Source: a virus
Taxonomy: Duplodnaviria > Caudoviricetes
Virus record (IMG/VR): IMGVR_UViG_3300032270_001329
Span: 2,440-66,439 of that record
Strand: one strand, 5' to 3'
DNA length: 64,000 bases
Numbering within the stretch: position 1 is the first letter of the stretch; each line of letters starts with the position of its first letter. The notes under the pieces are model-generated. The model did no database searches. It was not told where the DNA came from and was given only the letters and a program-made list of their open reading frames with translations. The translations under genes and the position numbers were made by a program. This document shows, piece after piece, positions 1-9,880 of this stretch.

Positions 1-710
1 GTGTAATCGGCCAGCACGTCGGGATCCGTCAGGATGGTCTCGTAAGCGCGGTGCTCGTTGGAGAGTTCCTGCAGCAGAGCCACAGCTTCCTGCAGTTGCT
101 GATTGGTGGTGATCAGCGAATCTTCCAGACGGCAGGAGTAGTCGTTGAGAATGTTGGCAGCGTCAGGACCAAAGTGGTCAATGACGGCCAGGCTCTGCTC
201 ACTTACGCCGTTGGCGAGGAGCTGTTCCCGGCTGATTTCCTGCGAAGTTTGGGAAGAGTTGCTGGAGTAAGCCTGGCTGCTGTTGGTTCCAGGCTGCCAG
301 GTCTGCATCCCCTGGCTGCTGTACGGGGTTGCCGCTTGGGAACCGTAGTTGGCCTGGGCGGTTTGTTGTGTCGCCCCGGACTGTTGACCCTGGAACGGGA
401 ATTGGACGGGCGAACTCAGGAGCCCCACCACCCGGTTGAACGCCTCCTTGTAAGGGTTCTCCGCTTGGGGAGCCGAGGTTTCCGCCTGGGGGTAGTACGG
501 AGTAGGGCTGTAAGGGTTGGCTACCCCCATCTGGGCCTGCATTTGCGGGGCTGGGGCCACCGCTTGCTGGTAAGGAGCCACCCATTGGGGCGCTGTTGAA
601 ACCGCCGGGGCTTGTGCCGCCGTCTGCGCCACCGGAGCCCCGTAGCTGATCGGTTGGGTCGGGGATACTTGGGGTGCCGATTGGGTCGGCATTGCGGTAT
701 CGGCCTGCAT
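1..710 (-). CDS. Putative capsid scaffolding protein, partial (runs off left edge; not in ORF track)
   Basis: Manual translation from ATG at 710 (AAAGAGGT SD-like just upstream) is open to the window edge: Q/P/A-rich N-terminus (MQADTAMPTQSAPQVSP...) then helical EQSLAVIDHFGPDAANILNDYSCRLEDSL...; lies directly downstream of the portal. Confidence 0.7.
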   Translation of the reverse strand, partial: MQADTAMPTQSAPQVSPTQPISYGAPVAQTAAQAPAVSTAPQWVAPYQQAVAPAPQMQAQMGVANPYSPTPYYPQAETSAPQAENPYKEAFNRVVGLLSSPVQFPFQGQQSGATQQTAQANYGSQAATPYSSQGMQTWQPGTNSSQAYSSNSSQTSQEISREQLLANGVSEQSLAVIDHFGPDAANILNDYSCRLEDSLITTNQQLQEAVALLQELSNEHRAYETILTDPDVLADY

Positions 711-2439
711 AGGTTACCTCTTTTTGTAGGCTTTCGAGAGTTCGGTAAAGGAACGGAGTGAGATCAAGTCTCGGGTCCGCAGCCATCGGTAAGTCCGGTT
801 GCTGCGGATGAGGTGTCCGCATTTCTTGATTGACGAGATCAATAAATGTGGAGTAAGCCCTCTGTACTTGACCCACCATTCGGAAGGGAAAGCCGGAAAG
901 CATCCCGGCAATTTCGTCGTCCGTTTTTGAAGGGAACAAATACTTCAGTGCTTCAATGCTATCAACACCTAATTCTTGTAGGTTTCGGGTGAAGATGGAC
1001 TGGTTCAATTTATCCTGCGCAGTATCTTCGTACACAGGACCCATCCAGCGCCATGCCACTGTCCGATCACCATCAGGAGCAAGGCCAAGAACCCCAGGAG
1101 GAATCTCTTTTGTTTCAAGAGCTTTGTCGATAGCTTTTTGTAAACCCTTTTCGTACCTTGCTTTAGCGCGTTCATATTTCTGTACAGCTTCTGGTGTCTC
1201 TTCTGTAGGCGGCTCGGGAACTTTAAGTCCAGAAGCGTAGGCCAAGGTCTTGCGGAAGATTTGTTCTTCCTGGAAAATCATCAGCTCAAAACACTTGCAG
1301 ATGCCATAGGTGTAAAGCTGCAGACACTTTTTCTTTGCTGTAGCGCTGACCCGTCCGTAGGCAGACTTGATTTCAGTCGCCGTGACGTTTGTGATTGAAA
1401 GGTCATCGATGCCGCCCAGGGACAGGCGAATCTCAGAGCGAAGCTGATCAACGTACCGGGCCTGGTCTGTGCTGACGGCGTTTGGAGTGATGAAACCAAC
1501 GCGGTCCGTGGGCTCCAGGTTGGCAATCACTCGGGGAACACGCATGCCGCCACCAGGTTGTCCGATGTAGCCAGGGGCGTTGCGGGTGACAGGATCCTGC
1601 TTAAAGGTTGAGCTGGAGAGGCTGAACTCCGACTGGAAGCCAGAGGCGCTGGCGATGCTTGGACGTTGGACGGTGCCATCTTCCGAGCGGGTCTCAACAA
1701 TGTCCTGTTTGGGTCGGGACGAGAGCAGAGTCGGGTTGCCAAAGAACGAGAGGTTTGCCCGGATGTTTTTAACCATCTCATCGTGGGCAACAATCTGATT
1801 GGCAATCCACTCAAACTCACCGCTGCCATCGGTGCCAAAAGCATCCGGATTATTGAAGACTTCAACACACGGAATGAACTCCATGGTGTTGACAACAGTC
1901 TTTTTCTCCAGGGTGGCGAACTCCTGGGGCATGTCAAAGTTCAGTTCCTGCTCGCTGTGGAACTCTTCAATCTCAGCAGCAGTAATGCGCAGACGCATGT
2001 ACCGCTTATCCGTCGACAGGCCGACGCCGCCAAAGCCACGACTGGACTTGACCTTGTACGGATAAATGATGACGACTTCTTCTAATTCACCCTCTGGAGA
2101 GTAATAAGTTCTGTAGGCATCCTTATCAAACCAGTACAGGCGATATGTTTTTTTGGTGGGGCGAATATAAAACAGACCTTTGCCGTAGGCTAAAAAGCGA
2201 TCCCAGATCGAATCCAGGCGGGCGTCCAGCTTGTTGAACTTGATGACCTGCTGAACAAAATCAAACCGCTGCGTGCCGAAGTTATCTTGCTCTGGATAGA
2301 ATTCGACGCCCTGCCGAATCCCAAACATTTTCATTTGGGACAGGTGGGCGCTGATGAGCATGGTGTCAGCAGCCCCGGTTGCTTCCCGGTTAACGGCTGC
2401 TTTGAGCATCCCTTCAAGGATGGATTTGCTTTCGCTCAT
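199..2439 (-). CDS. Portal protein with ~170-aa low-complexity C-terminal tail
   Basis: 746 aa, mostly helical, adjacent to terminase in the usual order; the P/G/Q-rich tail overlaps the next gene. Confidence 0.72.
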   Translation of the reverse strand: MSESKSILEGMLKAAVNREATGAADTMLISAHLSQMKMFGIRQGVEFYPEQDNFGTQRFDFVQQVIKFNKLDARLDSIWDRFLAYGKGLFYIRPTKKTYRLYWFDKDAYRTYYSPEGELEEVVIIYPYKVKSSRGFGGVGLSTDKRYMRLRITAAEIEEFHSEQELNFDMPQEFATLEKKTVVNTMEFIPCVEVFNNPDAFGTDGSGEFEWIANQIVAHDEMVKNIRANLSFFGNPTLLSSRPKQDIVETRSEDGTVQRPSIASASGFQSEFSLSSSTFKQDPVTRNAPGYIGQPGGGMRVPRVIANLEPTDRVGFITPNAVSTDQARYVDQLRSEIRLSLGGIDDLSITNVTATEIKSAYGRVSATAKKKCLQLYTYGICKCFELMIFQEEQIFRKTLAYASGLKVPEPPTEETPEAVQKYERAKARYEKGLQKAIDKALETKEIPPGVLGLAPDGDRTVAWRWMGPVYEDTAQDKLNQSIFTRNLQELGVDSIEALKYLFPSKTDDEIAGMLSGFPFRMVGQVQRAYSTFIDLVNQEMRTPHPQQPDLPMAADPRLDLTPFLYRTLESLQKEVTYAGRYRNADPIGTPSIPDPTDQLRGSGGADGGTSPGGFNSAPMGGSLPASGGPSPANAGPDGGSQPLQPYSVLPPGGNLGSPSGEPLQGGVQPGGGAPEFARPIPVPGSTVRGDTTNRPGQLRFPSGNPVQQPGDADLAAWNQQQPGLLQQLFPNFAGNQPGTAPRQRRK

Positions 2440-2462
2440 CAGTTTTTAAATACCTATGTCTA

Positions 2463-2645
2463 TTATGACTCAATTTCGTAGCCAGCGGAAATACGACGTA
2501 GGGTAATGGTGTCGTCATCCACCTCAACATCAAAACGTTCGTTCGGTGTGAGGGCCATGTCGTGACACAGTTCATCCGGCAAAGGGATGATGACAGAACC
2601 GTAGGCGTCTTGTTCTAACTCAATGGCGTAGTAGCTGACGGACAT
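2463..2645 (-). CDS. AbrB/MazE/SpoVT-like small DNA-binding protein
   Basis: GSVIIPLPDELCHDMALTPNERFDVEV matches the swapped-hairpin pattern. Confidence 0.6.
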   Translation of the reverse strand: MSVSYYAIELEQDAYGSVIIPLPDELCHDMALTPNERFDVEVDDDTITLRRISAGYEIES

Positions 2646-2698
2646 TATTGAGCGTTAGTTCAAGTTTAAGTTGCGTCAATACTCTATGGTACCTAACT

Positions 2699-4222
2699 TC
2701 AGTATTCCAATTCCAGCTTGCCCCGCGACATCAGGCCATTGCAAAGCCAGATCAAGGAGTCCACGCAGTCATCGTGGCTGCTCACACCGAAGTTGATGAT
2801 CTCATCTGTCATGGCCTGGAACTTGCGGTATTTATTGAACCGGATCTTGCGCTGCTCAAACAGGCCCATGATGCCACGGAAGCGAGCAACCTTGTCACCA
2901 CGGAACCCTGTGACTGGGTGCCAAAGCAAATTGTACAGACCCTGCTCGCCAAGGCAGATGCGTTTGAAGTCAGCTTCCAGTGATGCCTGGTACGCAACAG
3001 CTTCTGACCAGATGTGAACGTTGCTGCCTGTGGGGTAGTACTGATCTCCATCTTTGTGTACAATGCCCCACTCGTAGCACATTTCCATCAAGGACTCCAG
3101 TTTCTCCAGGTTGCCCATGATGCGAATGCGCTTGGAATCGATGACGTAGATCTTGTCATCCAGTCTGCCGCCAAGGGTAAACACGGTGTAGTCGTTCCGC
3201 TCTTTGACGCCAGCGGATAGGTCAACGCCGATGCCCATGGAATCAAACTCCGTGGGGATCTGACCTTTAACAATCAGGTCAGGCGGGATCGAAAGCTCAC
3301 TGGTTTGAACAATCTGGTTTTGGTACTGGAAGCTAAATGAGATGGGAGCCTGGCGCCGACGCTCACTGAGGTACTCCAGGGACCACATCTCCGGCCAGTA
3401 GGACTTCTCTTCTCCTTCCTCATCAACCGTGATGGCGGATTGGATGAGCTGGACCCAGTCGTTGACCGGTACAAAGGTGGTGTTGTGGATGTCGTCGTGG
3501 CGGAAACGCGTACCTAAGCAGACAGCCCTGGCACCTTCAAACATGGTCGGAACGATAACAGAGTTCCAGTTATCCTCCATTTCTTTACGGATGTCACGGT
3601 TTTTGATATCGGCAGCACTCTTAATAGCATCATCGATGATACACAAATGAGAACGTTTCGATGTCACCGCCCCCTTAAGACCAGCACAACAAATGGTGAA
3701 TTCTTCTTCACCAGTTGATTTGATGCCTGCAAACTTCCAATCAATGCTCCAGTATTCATTACTACTTACACCCTTGGCAATCTTTACCATTGGGAAAATT
3801 TCTTTATACAGTTTGCTATCTTCAATGATTCGTTTAATGGCAGCACTCTTAGGACGTGCAACATCAACCGTGTACGAAATGTACAAAATCTTTAGCGGCT
3901 TTTTATGCAGGGCATGAACACCAATTGCCCAGGCAGTAAACAAACCTAAAACCGTTGATTTAGCTGAACCCCGTGGAGCAAGAATATCGATATTGGGTCC
4001 TCCGATCCCAATCAGACACTCTGTATCCTCTCCGGTACATAAGTATTTATGCCACTCCTTATGATGGGTTGCTGGCGGCTTATCGCCAACAACATCGCAA
4101 AAATAAGCAAAGTCGACCCTGGCCCTCTCGATATCAATATTGGAGGTCTTCTTAACAACTTGCTGCTTAGCGGCAGCTCTCGCAGTCCTCCTGTAAACCG
4201 AATATAAACTGGTGCCGGCCAT
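2699..4222 (-). CDS. terL: Terminase large subunit
   Basis: Walker A APRGSAKST, Walker B LCIIDDAI, nuclease motifs GVDLS and HDDCVDS. Confidence 0.93.
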   Translation of the reverse strand: MAGTSLYSVYRRTARAAAKQQVVKKTSNIDIERARVDFAYFCDVVGDKPPATHHKEWHKYLCTGEDTECLIGIGGPNIDILAPRGSAKSTVLGLFTAWAIGVHALHKKPLKILYISYTVDVARPKSAAIKRIIEDSKLYKEIFPMVKIAKGVSSNEYWSIDWKFAGIKSTGEEEFTICCAGLKGAVTSKRSHLCIIDDAIKSAADIKNRDIRKEMEDNWNSVIVPTMFEGARAVCLGTRFRHDDIHNTTFVPVNDWVQLIQSAITVDEEGEEKSYWPEMWSLEYLSERRRQAPISFSFQYQNQIVQTSELSIPPDLIVKGQIPTEFDSMGIGVDLSAGVKERNDYTVFTLGGRLDDKIYVIDSKRIRIMGNLEKLESLMEMCYEWGIVHKDGDQYYPTGSNVHIWSEAVAYQASLEADFKRICLGEQGLYNLLWHPVTGFRGDKVARFRGIMGLFEQRKIRFNKYRKFQAMTDEIINFGVSSHDDCVDSLIWLCNGLMSRGKLELEY

Positions 4223-4261
4223 GACTACAAAAGATCTGTACTAAGAGTACAGGACTGAATC

Positions 4262-4747
4262 TTAAGATTCTTCCTGCAAGATCTTTGTCCACACAGCCAT
4301 TGATGCTTCCTGAAGCGGGCCTTCAATCGGGTCGTCTCGGAAAATGGACAGCATCTCCCTGAGTGCACGGTCGGCGCCAGCAAGAATTAAACCTTGCTTG
4401 TCGGTCAGGTTCTTCTCATCATTCAGCTGCTTGATCGTGCCACGCAGCTCTTTTTGAAGCATGGCGATCCGCGACGTTCCCATGTCGGCCTTGATCATGC
4501 CCATGTCAATGCCGTCACGCAGCTTGGAGATGTCCATCGTCATGGAGTCGATCTCCATTTCGAGGATGGCATTGAAGTTGCGTTTCTTGAATTCTTTTTT
4601 GGCCCAGGCATCCATGTCCACGATGCTGCCTGCGTAGCCCAGGAAGCGAGCGTACAGGTACATCTGGATTGGGGAGGATATCTGTTTACAGAATGCTAGA
4701 AACGCTTCTCGGTCTTTCTCGGTCAGAGTTTCTAGCCATTCCGTCAT
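4262..4747 (-). CDS. Helical protein, possible terminase small subunit
   Basis: 161 aa immediately upstream of terL; positional inference only. Confidence 0.45.
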   Translation of the reverse strand: MTEWLETLTEKDREAFLAFCKQISSPIQMYLYARFLGYAGSIVDMDAWAKKEFKKRNFNAILEMEIDSMTMDISKLRDGIDMGMIKADMGTSRIAMLQKELRGTIKQLNDEKNLTDKQGLILAGADRALREMLSIFRDDPIEGPLQEASMAVWTKILQEES

Positions 4748-5142
4748 GATCGGTACGCCTGCTGAGATTGCTCGTAGTCCCTGTTCTCTTTATAGCGACG
4801 GAACACCTCTTGTTGCAAGTCTGTGGTCCGTTGTTCTTCTGCCTGCTTGCCGACGGTTGCTCTGGTTTCTTCACCAGTGGCACCGATGGTGAGGCGTTGC
4901 TCGGCGCCTGTAGCTTGGCCACGGCGGATGTCTTGACCAGCGAAGAATTCTTCGTTGATCCGGTCAAGCTCAGCACCTTTTTCCATGTTAAGCCGTTGCT
5001 GAGCAGCACTGGCCTCATCAAGGACCGTCTGTGTCTTTAGGGCCTGCGTTGGAACCTTTGTCGGCGGCGGCGGGGGAGGCGGCGGCGGAGCGTAAACAAT
5101 CGTTGGGGGCGGTGGCGGCGGAGATCCTCCCATGTCAAACAA
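4744..5142 (-). CDS. Poly-proline putative virion protein
   Basis: MGGS followed by P6 and P9 runs, then a Q/E/R-rich helix. Confidence 0.65.
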   Translation of the reverse strand: MFDMGGSPPPPPPTIVYAPPPPPPPPPTKVPTQALKTQTVLDEASAAQQRLNMEKGAELDRINEEFFAGQDIRRGQATGAEQRLTIGATGEETRATVGKQAEEQRTTDLQQEVFRRYKENRDYEQSQQAYRS

Positions 5143-5179
5143 TCCTCGATTTAACTACTATAACAAAAACAGGGTTAGA

Positions 5180-5776
5180 TCAACCCCGGCGCATTCCAGA
5201 ACGCAGGCCAGCGATATTGGCCATGGCATTGTTGTATGCGGCTTGGTTGACTGCATTCAGCATGACAGCTTCCGAGCCGGTGGCGGTTGCCATCTGCTGT
5301 TGGGCGGAAGCGGCGCGTTCCTGCTGACGTGTTGGGGACTGGATGTCAGCCATCAGGCCCAACTGGTAATCAGTCAGGCGAGTCGACTTGGCCAGGCGCT
5401 CCATTGCTGGGATGTAGCTCTGGAACATCTGCTGAGTTAAAAGTGCATCGTAAAGATTATCTTGTTTACGGCGCTGCGACTGGCGCTGCTGGAACGTTTC
5501 AAACTCAGGGCTCAGGAGCTCCCCAAACATTCCCTTGGTTGGGGTTGTTGTTTCAGACTTGAACTCACCTGGTTTTGGTTCAGCAAAGGGAGGCTCTGTG
5601 CCGATAGCAAAACCACCGGAGTATTTACCTAGGTCAACAGTCTTGCCTGTCGTGAAATCAATCCCTTTAAAACTGGGGGCAGGATTTTTAAACACGTCCT
5701 TAGCAACTGCACCAGGCTTATAAGAAGCATTCAATGCGTCTTTAAAGACGGAGAGGAAATCAGTTGCAGAAGCCAT
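5180..5776 (-). CDS. Hypothetical (putative internal virion) protein
   Basis: 198 aa in a tightly packed structural operon; A/Q-rich C-terminus. Confidence 0.65.
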   Translation of the reverse strand: MASATDFLSVFKDALNASYKPGAVAKDVFKNPAPSFKGIDFTTGKTVDLGKYSGGFAIGTEPPFAEPKPGEFKSETTTPTKGMFGELLSPEFETFQQRQSQRRKQDNLYDALLTQQMFQSYIPAMERLAKSTRLTDYQLGLMADIQSPTRQQERAASAQQQMATATGSEAVMLNAVNQAAYNNAMANIAGLRSGMRRG

Positions 5777-5778
5777 GA

Positions 5779-6558
5779 TCAGAGGTAACGGTATTGAGTG
5801 CGGAGGCCAGCGCCGACATCACCCAGAGCTTGAGCGCCCATGGCGCCAGCAATACGTTGGCCGCCCAGGGTCAGTCCTTGCTGCGTAGCCAGATCAGTAG
5901 CGAGACGAGCAGCAGCTGCGCTACGAGCAAGATCACGGGTCTTAGCTTCATCCAGGTAGGAGCGCTCCAGGTTCATAAACTTACCAGCACCTTCCAGACC
6001 CACATCTTGGGCGCGGCGCTGAAGTTCGAGAGCACCCATCTCGTAGCCCTGGGGGTTCAGCATCTCAGAGGCTGTACGCGGGCCACGGGGCATACCAGGG
6101 GCAGCCTCGGTTTCAAGAGGAGTGAACTCACCGGTGGCTGTATCAAACACGCCTTGAACCATGCGGCCAGCACCGATTGCCTCTGTCACAGGTGGAATAA
6201 CCTTTCCGGGAGCCTTTGCAACAGCTGGAATAGCCTTACCAGCTAACCCACCAATTAAAGGAGCTGCAAGCATACCGCCAGCAATAGGAATGGCGCCGGC
6301 TGCAACAGCTTTTGCCATTAAGGGGCTTCCTTTGATGCCAAGGGTGGACGCAACTCCTGGAGCTGCTGCAATACCACTTTTGGTAAGTGCTCGAATTGGA
6401 GCAGCGCCTAACTTACCGCCTAAAAATCCGAGTCCACCACCGGCTAATGCGCCTAAGGGGCCGCCTTCTTTTGCACCTTCTAAAGCACCATATCCAGCAG
6501 TGATGTAGGGCAGGGCTTGCATAGCCATGCGGCCAGCTCCCAGAAGTGCAGGTACCAT
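5779..6558 (-). CDS. Gly/Ala-rich putative internal virion (ejection-like) protein
   Basis: 259 aa with GxxG hydrophobic repeats; operon context. Confidence 0.65.
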   Translation of the reverse strand: MVPALLGAGRMAMQALPYITAGYGALEGAKEGGPLGALAGGGLGFLGGKLGAAPIRALTKSGIAAAPGVASTLGIKGSPLMAKAVAAGAIPIAGGMLAAPLIGGLAGKAIPAVAKAPGKVIPPVTEAIGAGRMVQGVFDTATGEFTPLETEAAPGMPRGPRTASEMLNPQGYEMGALELQRRAQDVGLEGAGKFMNLERSYLDEAKTRDLARSAAAARLATDLATQQGLTLGGQRIAGAMGAQALGDVGAGLRTQYRYL

Positions 6559-6603
6559 AATTTAAATCCTCTTAGTTGTTATTTTAGTTTGAGTAAGCCT
6601 TTA

Positions 6604-7047
6604 TCACTCAAAGAACGAGCCGGCTCCTTGAAGGCCGCCCATTGCTGCTCCGCCCCAGCCGCCGGTCAACGCTCCAACGCCCACACCAATGGCAAGTTTT
6701 CCTAACTTTGAACCAACACCTTCTTTGGGTGCTGAGCCTGGCATCATCATTGGGCCATAGCCAGCAGAGGGATGATGGACAATTGTAAGGTCATCATTCA
6801 TCCCACCTTTGGAAGTAGATCCAGCTGTCGGTTTCATTTCACCTTGTAAAAATGCCGACCCTTGATATTTATTGCGGCCAGATAAACCGGATACAAAGTC
6901 TTGTAAAAAAGGCGTTGCTTTTGCAGCACCTCCTTTCCAATCAATGCCTCCGCTGCTTCCTCCACCGCTTTTAAACGCGCCGGAATAATCTGGAAATTTG
7001 TAATCACCTTTTGGCGTATAAATATCGCCAGTTGTCCAGCCTGCCAT
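6604..7047 (-). CDS. Gly-rich putative virion protein
   Basis: 147 aa with a C-terminal glycine-zipper-like GALTGGWGGAAMGG. Confidence 0.65.
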   Translation of the reverse strand: MAGWTTGDIYTPKGDYKFPDYSGAFKSGGGSSGGIDWKGGAAKATPFLQDFVSGLSGRNKYQGSAFLQGEMKPTAGSTSKGGMNDDLTIVHHPSAGYGPMMMPGSAPKEGVGSKLGKLAIGVGVGALTGGWGGAAMGGLQGAGSFFE

Positions 7048-7048
7048 G

Positions 7049-8209
7049 TTACTTAACGTAGGGAGTAAGCTCTTGCCAGCTGCGGGCTTGTGGTTGGCCC
7101 AGGGCTTGTGCAGCTGTGGCGAGATCGCCGTGCTTGTACTTTAAGTATTCTACAGGATTCTCTTTTTTAACCCTTTCTTGTTCTGCCTTGGCAAATAACT
7201 TCTTGGTTGCAGCTCCAACCAGTGCAGCGGTTCCGAGGCCAGCAGCAACAACCCCGAGGCTGGTTCCTAATTGAGGGACGTATGTGGTCCGCTCACCAGG
7301 AACTTTGACGGGAACAGCTTCAACATCAAACGGTTTAATGAGCGATTTGATCTGAGCAGCTGTTTCAGGTTGATTCAGTTTTGTATATTTTTCAGCTGCA
7401 GAATGAAGTTCCATTCCACTACGGGGCAGGACTTTGTAGGCTGCTGCTGCGGTGCTAAGACCTGCAGCTGTTCCAAGCACACCGCTTGCAGTGATCGGGA
7501 AACCTTTGACTCGAATCTCTGGATCCGCCAGTCCACGGGCTGAGCCACGCACCAGGCCAGCAACAGTTGCAAAACTCTGGGTCTCCGGGTCAATGCTGAC
7601 CAGCTCACCCGGCTTGGACTTGGCGTATTCGTAGCGGCGGTAGGCGCGGTAGGTGGAGGGCGTCACCTCTGGCCTCTCTTTTTTAAACTCTTCGTAAGGA
7701 AGAATCTGACTGCGCTGTGTTCCGATGTAGCGGAGTGCGGCTTCTGCAGGAATGGAAACAGGTGTGCGGCCTGATGGGTCTTCTTCTTTAGATGCGGGTG
7801 CAACAGCTTTGTACCCTTTGGGACGCAGACCAGCCAGTGGAGATCCAAGCTGTCCGCTCAAGGACATCAAAATAGCGGGAGTTGCTGCAGTTAAGACGGC
7901 GCCAGTAACTGGGTCCATTCCAGCAGCTTTTGACAGCTGCCTCCCCATTTCACCTGCCATGCGCGGAGCGTTAGTCCACTTCCAGCCAACGCGGCGTGTT
8001 GCATCGGTTGCAATGTCTGCGCCAAGGGCACCAGCAATGAACGAAGGTGCAGTACTAAATTGAGCTGCTTCTGCGACGGGGCCGCTGCGAGAGGCGTAAC
8101 CGTAACGGGTTTTGTATAGATTTTGATTTAATTCAGTAACAGCATTGCGGCCAAATGTCTTGGCCATTTCAACTGCGTTATTGAGATAATTACCGACCTG
8201 GTGTTGCAT
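7049..8209 (-). CDS. Hypothetical (putative internal virion) protein
   Basis: 386 aa with several Gly/Ala hydrophobic segments; abuts its neighbours. Confidence 0.7.
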   Translation of the reverse strand: MQHQVGNYLNNAVEMAKTFGRNAVTELNQNLYKTRYGYASRSGPVAEAAQFSTAPSFIAGALGADIATDATRRVGWKWTNAPRMAGEMGRQLSKAAGMDPVTGAVLTAATPAILMSLSGQLGSPLAGLRPKGYKAVAPASKEEDPSGRTPVSIPAEAALRYIGTQRSQILPYEEFKKERPEVTPSTYRAYRRYEYAKSKPGELVSIDPETQSFATVAGLVRGSARGLADPEIRVKGFPITASGVLGTAAGLSTAAAAYKVLPRSGMELHSAAEKYTKLNQPETAAQIKSLIKPFDVEAVPVKVPGERTTYVPQLGTSLGVVAAGLGTAALVGAATKKLFAKAEQERVKKENPVEYLKYKHGDLATAAQALGQPQARSWQELTPYVK

Positions 8210-8775
8210 TACAGGTACCGATGAACTTGACCCATCTGAGATGCAACGCGGCCAGCTAATTCAGCTGCAGGGGCTGCACTAATTGTGTGGTGATAAACGT
8301 GTGATGGAGATGTGTAATTCCGTGCGTAGGCCAGAGCAATCTGTTTGTCGTAACGCTCACGCTCACTCAAGGCTTCTGTTTGCTGGGCGGCGGACAAATC
8401 ACCGTAAGAAGCCTGGGGTGCTTGATGCGGTTCAGGCTCAATGATCCGGCTGCTCAGCATTGCGGCTGGGCCAGCGGTAACAACAGAACTCAGAAGTTCA
8501 GATGCAACAGACGGCATACCGGTTCGAGCCAGGCCAGCAGAGATCGGTGCGTTCAGCGTGGATGCAATGCCGCTGCGGATCAGACTCTCTTTTAGCGGGG
8601 GCGCAGACCTACCCATGACGCGGGGAAGAATCTGCTCGGCACCAGTGCCAAAGGCAGTTCCAAGAAGCGCCTGCTTGCCGACTTCTTTACCAAACTGGCG
8701 TGCACCTTGAGAAGTAAAAAACTCTGCAAGAGCAGGACCAGCCATTCGCATTGCCTGGGTTGCTGCTTGGATCAT
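8209..8775 (-). CDS. Hypothetical Ala-rich protein
   Basis: 188 aa, stop/start-coupled to its neighbours. Confidence 0.65.
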   Translation of the reverse strand: MIQAATQAMRMAGPALAEFFTSQGARQFGKEVGKQALLGTAFGTGAEQILPRVMGRSAPPLKESLIRSGIASTLNAPISAGLARTGMPSVASELLSSVVTAGPAAMLSSRIIEPEPHQAPQASYGDLSAAQQTEALSERERYDKQIALAYARNYTSPSHVYHHTISAAPAAELAGRVASQMGQVHRYL

Positions 8776-9191
8776 GTTGTTGCTATCCCTTCGCTTGGGT
8801 ACTTGTTAGCAAGTCCTTGTTTTGGATCTTGTTCAACAAAAGCCCTTGCTGTTACTTGTGTAATTTTATCATCGGGATTTACAAGATTCGTCTGAAGGTA
8901 CTTGCTCAAAAATACGTTGCTCAAATTCTCATCAACAGGGCGAGAAAAATTTGGACGACCATCAAACAGATTTACGTTGCCAAGAACATTCTCGCGTTTC
9001 TCGTCGCCAAAGAAATCAACGTGAGGATTTTTATTGTTATCTGTTAACCTTGCAACAAACTGATCTTTCCAGCTGACAGCAGGATGATCTTTGTATTCCG
9101 GGTTGTAGCTGAGGGTGCCAGCATTAACCGGGCGCCCCTCTTCAACACTTCGTTGTCTTAGGTTACGACGAAAATCGAATGGAGCGTCCAT
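8772..9191 (-). CDS. Hypothetical protein
   Basis: 139 aa, 4-nt overlap with the next gene. Confidence 0.65.
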   Translation of the reverse strand: MDAPFDFRRNLRQRSVEEGRPVNAGTLSYNPEYKDHPAVSWKDQFVARLTDNNKNPHVDFFGDEKRENVLGNVNLFDGRPNFSRPVDENLSNVFLSKYLQTNLVNPDDKITQVTARAFVEQDPKQGLANKYPSEGIATT

Positions 9192-9193
9192 TG

Positions 9194-9397
9194 TTACTTG
9201 CTTGCTTTCTTCTTGCGAAGTTTACTTAATGTGCGGGCCAGGTTGGCTTGACGGCGGGTGCGCTCATCATACTCTTCTGGATTGGCCTTTACTTTAGCTG
9301 TGTATTCCTTGACGGTCATACCAGCTTTCTCAGCTTTTTCTGTTAGGGCACCAGGGCGTTTGATCGCGCCTTGGATCCACTTCTCATCTTTTGCCAT
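9194..9397 (-). CDS. Small basic protein
   Basis: MAKDEKWIQGAIKRPGALT..., K/R-rich, a common phage small-protein pattern. Confidence 0.7.
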   Translation of the reverse strand: MAKDEKWIQGAIKRPGALTEKAEKAGMTVKEYTAKVKANPEEYDERTRRQANLARTLSKLRKKKASK

Positions 9398-9400
9398 GAT

Positions 9401-9838
9401 TTACTTTTTAAAGAGATGTCGAACTTGGCCAACTGCGTCGCGTGCATCAGATGTGTTGTTGACTGCATTGGCCAGGATTGCAGCAGCCTGCAGTTCTTTG
9501 GGCTGATCAATCAGTTTCTCGTACTGACGAACTTTGTTTGCTGCGACAGAAGGCAGCCAACGTTTGCCCGCTTCCGTCACGACTTCTTTTAACTCATCCG
9601 GAGTAAGTTCGTTATCTGCAACAGATTTAATTGCCAGCTCAATAGCAAACTCAACGTTAGATCCACTCCAGCCTTTCATGTTGCGTTCAAGGAGTGGATC
9701 GATGATGTTGTACGCCCGCTCCAGAATTTGACCGTACTTAAGTGCCCGCTTTTTGGCAATTGCTTTTGCAGCCCAGTTGGCACCAATGGTTAGGCCAGCG
9801 CCAATCAGCAAGGCAATGATAGGTTCAATGGCTCCCAC
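9401..9838 (-). CDS. Protein with N-terminal transmembrane helix
   Basis: IIALLIGAGLTIGANWAA followed by a basic patch. Confidence 0.7.
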   Translation of the reverse strand: MGAIEPIIALLIGAGLTIGANWAAKAIAKKRALKYGQILERAYNIIDPLLERNMKGWSGSNVEFAIELAIKSVADNELTPDELKEVVTEAGKRWLPSVAANKVRQYEKLIDQPKELQAAAILANAVNNTSDARDAVGQVRHLFKK

Positions 9839-9880
9839 GATTTACCTCTAATTAATTTTCAATCTAACACTGGCAATTAA

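Noticed and set aside
51-599. 182-aa plus-strand ORF
   Set aside because: Antisense shadow of the portal/scaffold overlap; L/G/R-rich composition expected from the opposite strand.
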